From Nautiliaceae bacterium (GTDB taxonomy: Bacteria > Campylobacterota > Campylobacteria > Campylobacterales > Nautiliaceae), in the NCBI GenBank assembly GCA_039831155.1, contig JBDONT010000008.1:29318-93317 (forward strand): a stretch of DNA of 64,000 nt, given 5' to 3'. The notes under the pieces were generated by a model. That model had not been told where the DNA came from and did no database searches. It was given only the letters and a program-made list of their open reading frames with translations. A program made the position numbers and the translations under genes. This document shows, in pieces, positions 61,875 through 64,000 of the stretch (the stretch's first letter is position 1; the number at the start of each line of letters is the position of its first letter).

Positions 61875-61922
61875 TGTTTCCTTTGGTAAAAGTGTTACGA
61901 AATTATACATTAAAATGTTACA
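61875..61922. promoter_or_regulatory. TGTT(A/T)C boxes flanking the ispDF -10 element
   Basis: TGTTTCC 61875, TGTTACG 61893, TGTTACA 61916; minus-strand TATAAT at 61902-61907. Confidence 0.5.
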
Positions 61923-62015
61923 ATTTGTAAATAATTGCCATTTTTAGGAAAATTTATAGACAAGTTTGTTTTTTCCTTTTTTTAGGGCTTTTAAGCTAAT
62001 TTTAAGGAAAATTAG

Positions 62016-63431
<1,416 letters not shown>

Positions 63432-63433
63432 AA

Positions 63434-63652
63434 ATGATTTTGGAATTTCATCCGAAAAGCAGAAAAATAACAATAGAAATACCGGAAGAATTTATAGATA
63501 AAGATGTTGAAGTAATCGTAAGAGAAAAAAAGAGTAATTTAGATGAATTGTTTGGAATTTTTTCCGATATCAAGCCGAATTATGAAATGGAAGAAAAGGC
63601 TTGGGAATTAGCGGTTCTGGAAAACTACGGGAAAAAAAATGATAAGAATTGA
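63434..63652 (+). CDS. Putative antitoxin of a PIN toxin-antitoxin pair
   Basis: 72 aa, I.IP.E....VEVIV...LFG pattern, overlaps the start of a PIN gene. Confidence 0.7.
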   Translation: MILEFHPKSRKITIEIPEEFIDKDVEVIVREKKSNLDELFGIFSDIKPNYEMEEKAWELAVLENYGKKNDKN

Positions 63653-64000
63653 TGCTAATGTTGTGTTAAGATTTTTTATTAAAGATATTTTAGATCAAGC
63701 ATTTCAAGCTAAAAATATTTTAGAAAATGAAAATGTTTTAATAACTAATGAAGTTATTGCTGAAATAATTTATGTTTTAGAAAAAGTTTATAAAAAGGAA
63801 AGAGATTACATCTATTATGCCCTTTATAAGTTAATTATCCAGAGAAATATTTTAAATTTTGATAAAAGAAAGATTGATAAAAGATTTGTTTTAAAAGCAT
63901 TGGAGATTTATAAAGATACAAAACTTGACTTTGTGGATTGCTTACTTTGCGCTTACGGTGAAGTTGACGAAATCGTAACGTTTGACAAAAAATTGATTAA
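63639..64000 (+). CDS. PIN-domain (VapC-like) toxin, truncated by the window edge; not in the ORF track
   Basis: MIRIDANVVLRF...EVIAEIIYVL...DFVDCLL.A....IVTFDKKL, with the conserved acidic PIN residues. Confidence 0.9.
   Translation, partial: MIRIDANVVLRFFIKDILDQAFQAKNILENENVLITNEVIAEIIYVLEKVYKKERDYIYYALYKLIIQRNILNFDKRKIDKRFVLKALEIYKDTKLDFVDCLLCAYGEVDEIVTFDKKLI

Overview
AT-rich chromosomal window from a Campylobacterota bacterium, most consistent with Nautiliaceae (inferred from gene order and protein style, not a database hit). It is mostly core genome: recA-eno, tRNA-Phe, mraY/murD, fabG-acpP-fabF-accA, uvrA, cheX-fliN-fliO-mnmG, a divergent phoU-phoB-phoR / pstSCAB locus with a Pho box, fmt-birA-parAB-F1Fo ATP synthase-Tol/Pal-slyD-fabD, ispDF-atypical regulator-sat-like-pgpA, and thiC. 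The accessory hotspot is 46.6-54.3 kb. It holds (i) an N4-cytosine methyltransferase / AIPR / TdeIII-family endonuclease cassette between ttcA and mnmA, (ii) an orphan PD-(D/E)xK-like nuclease, and (iii) a tnpB-only IS200/IS605 element at 52800-54296. For that element, both end hairpins, the predicted TAM (TTAT/TTTAT), an omega-RNA scaffold and the guide can be read from the sequence; its TnpB has a rearranged RuvC-II and no zinc finger. Other oddities are a ~75-aa Asp-rich insert in PstC, a PhoR with no membrane or sensor domain, a doubly nonsense-mutated small gene, an uncalled small membrane protein, HP1021/CemR-like boxes at the ispDF promoter, and a PIN toxin-antitoxin pair cut by the right edge.
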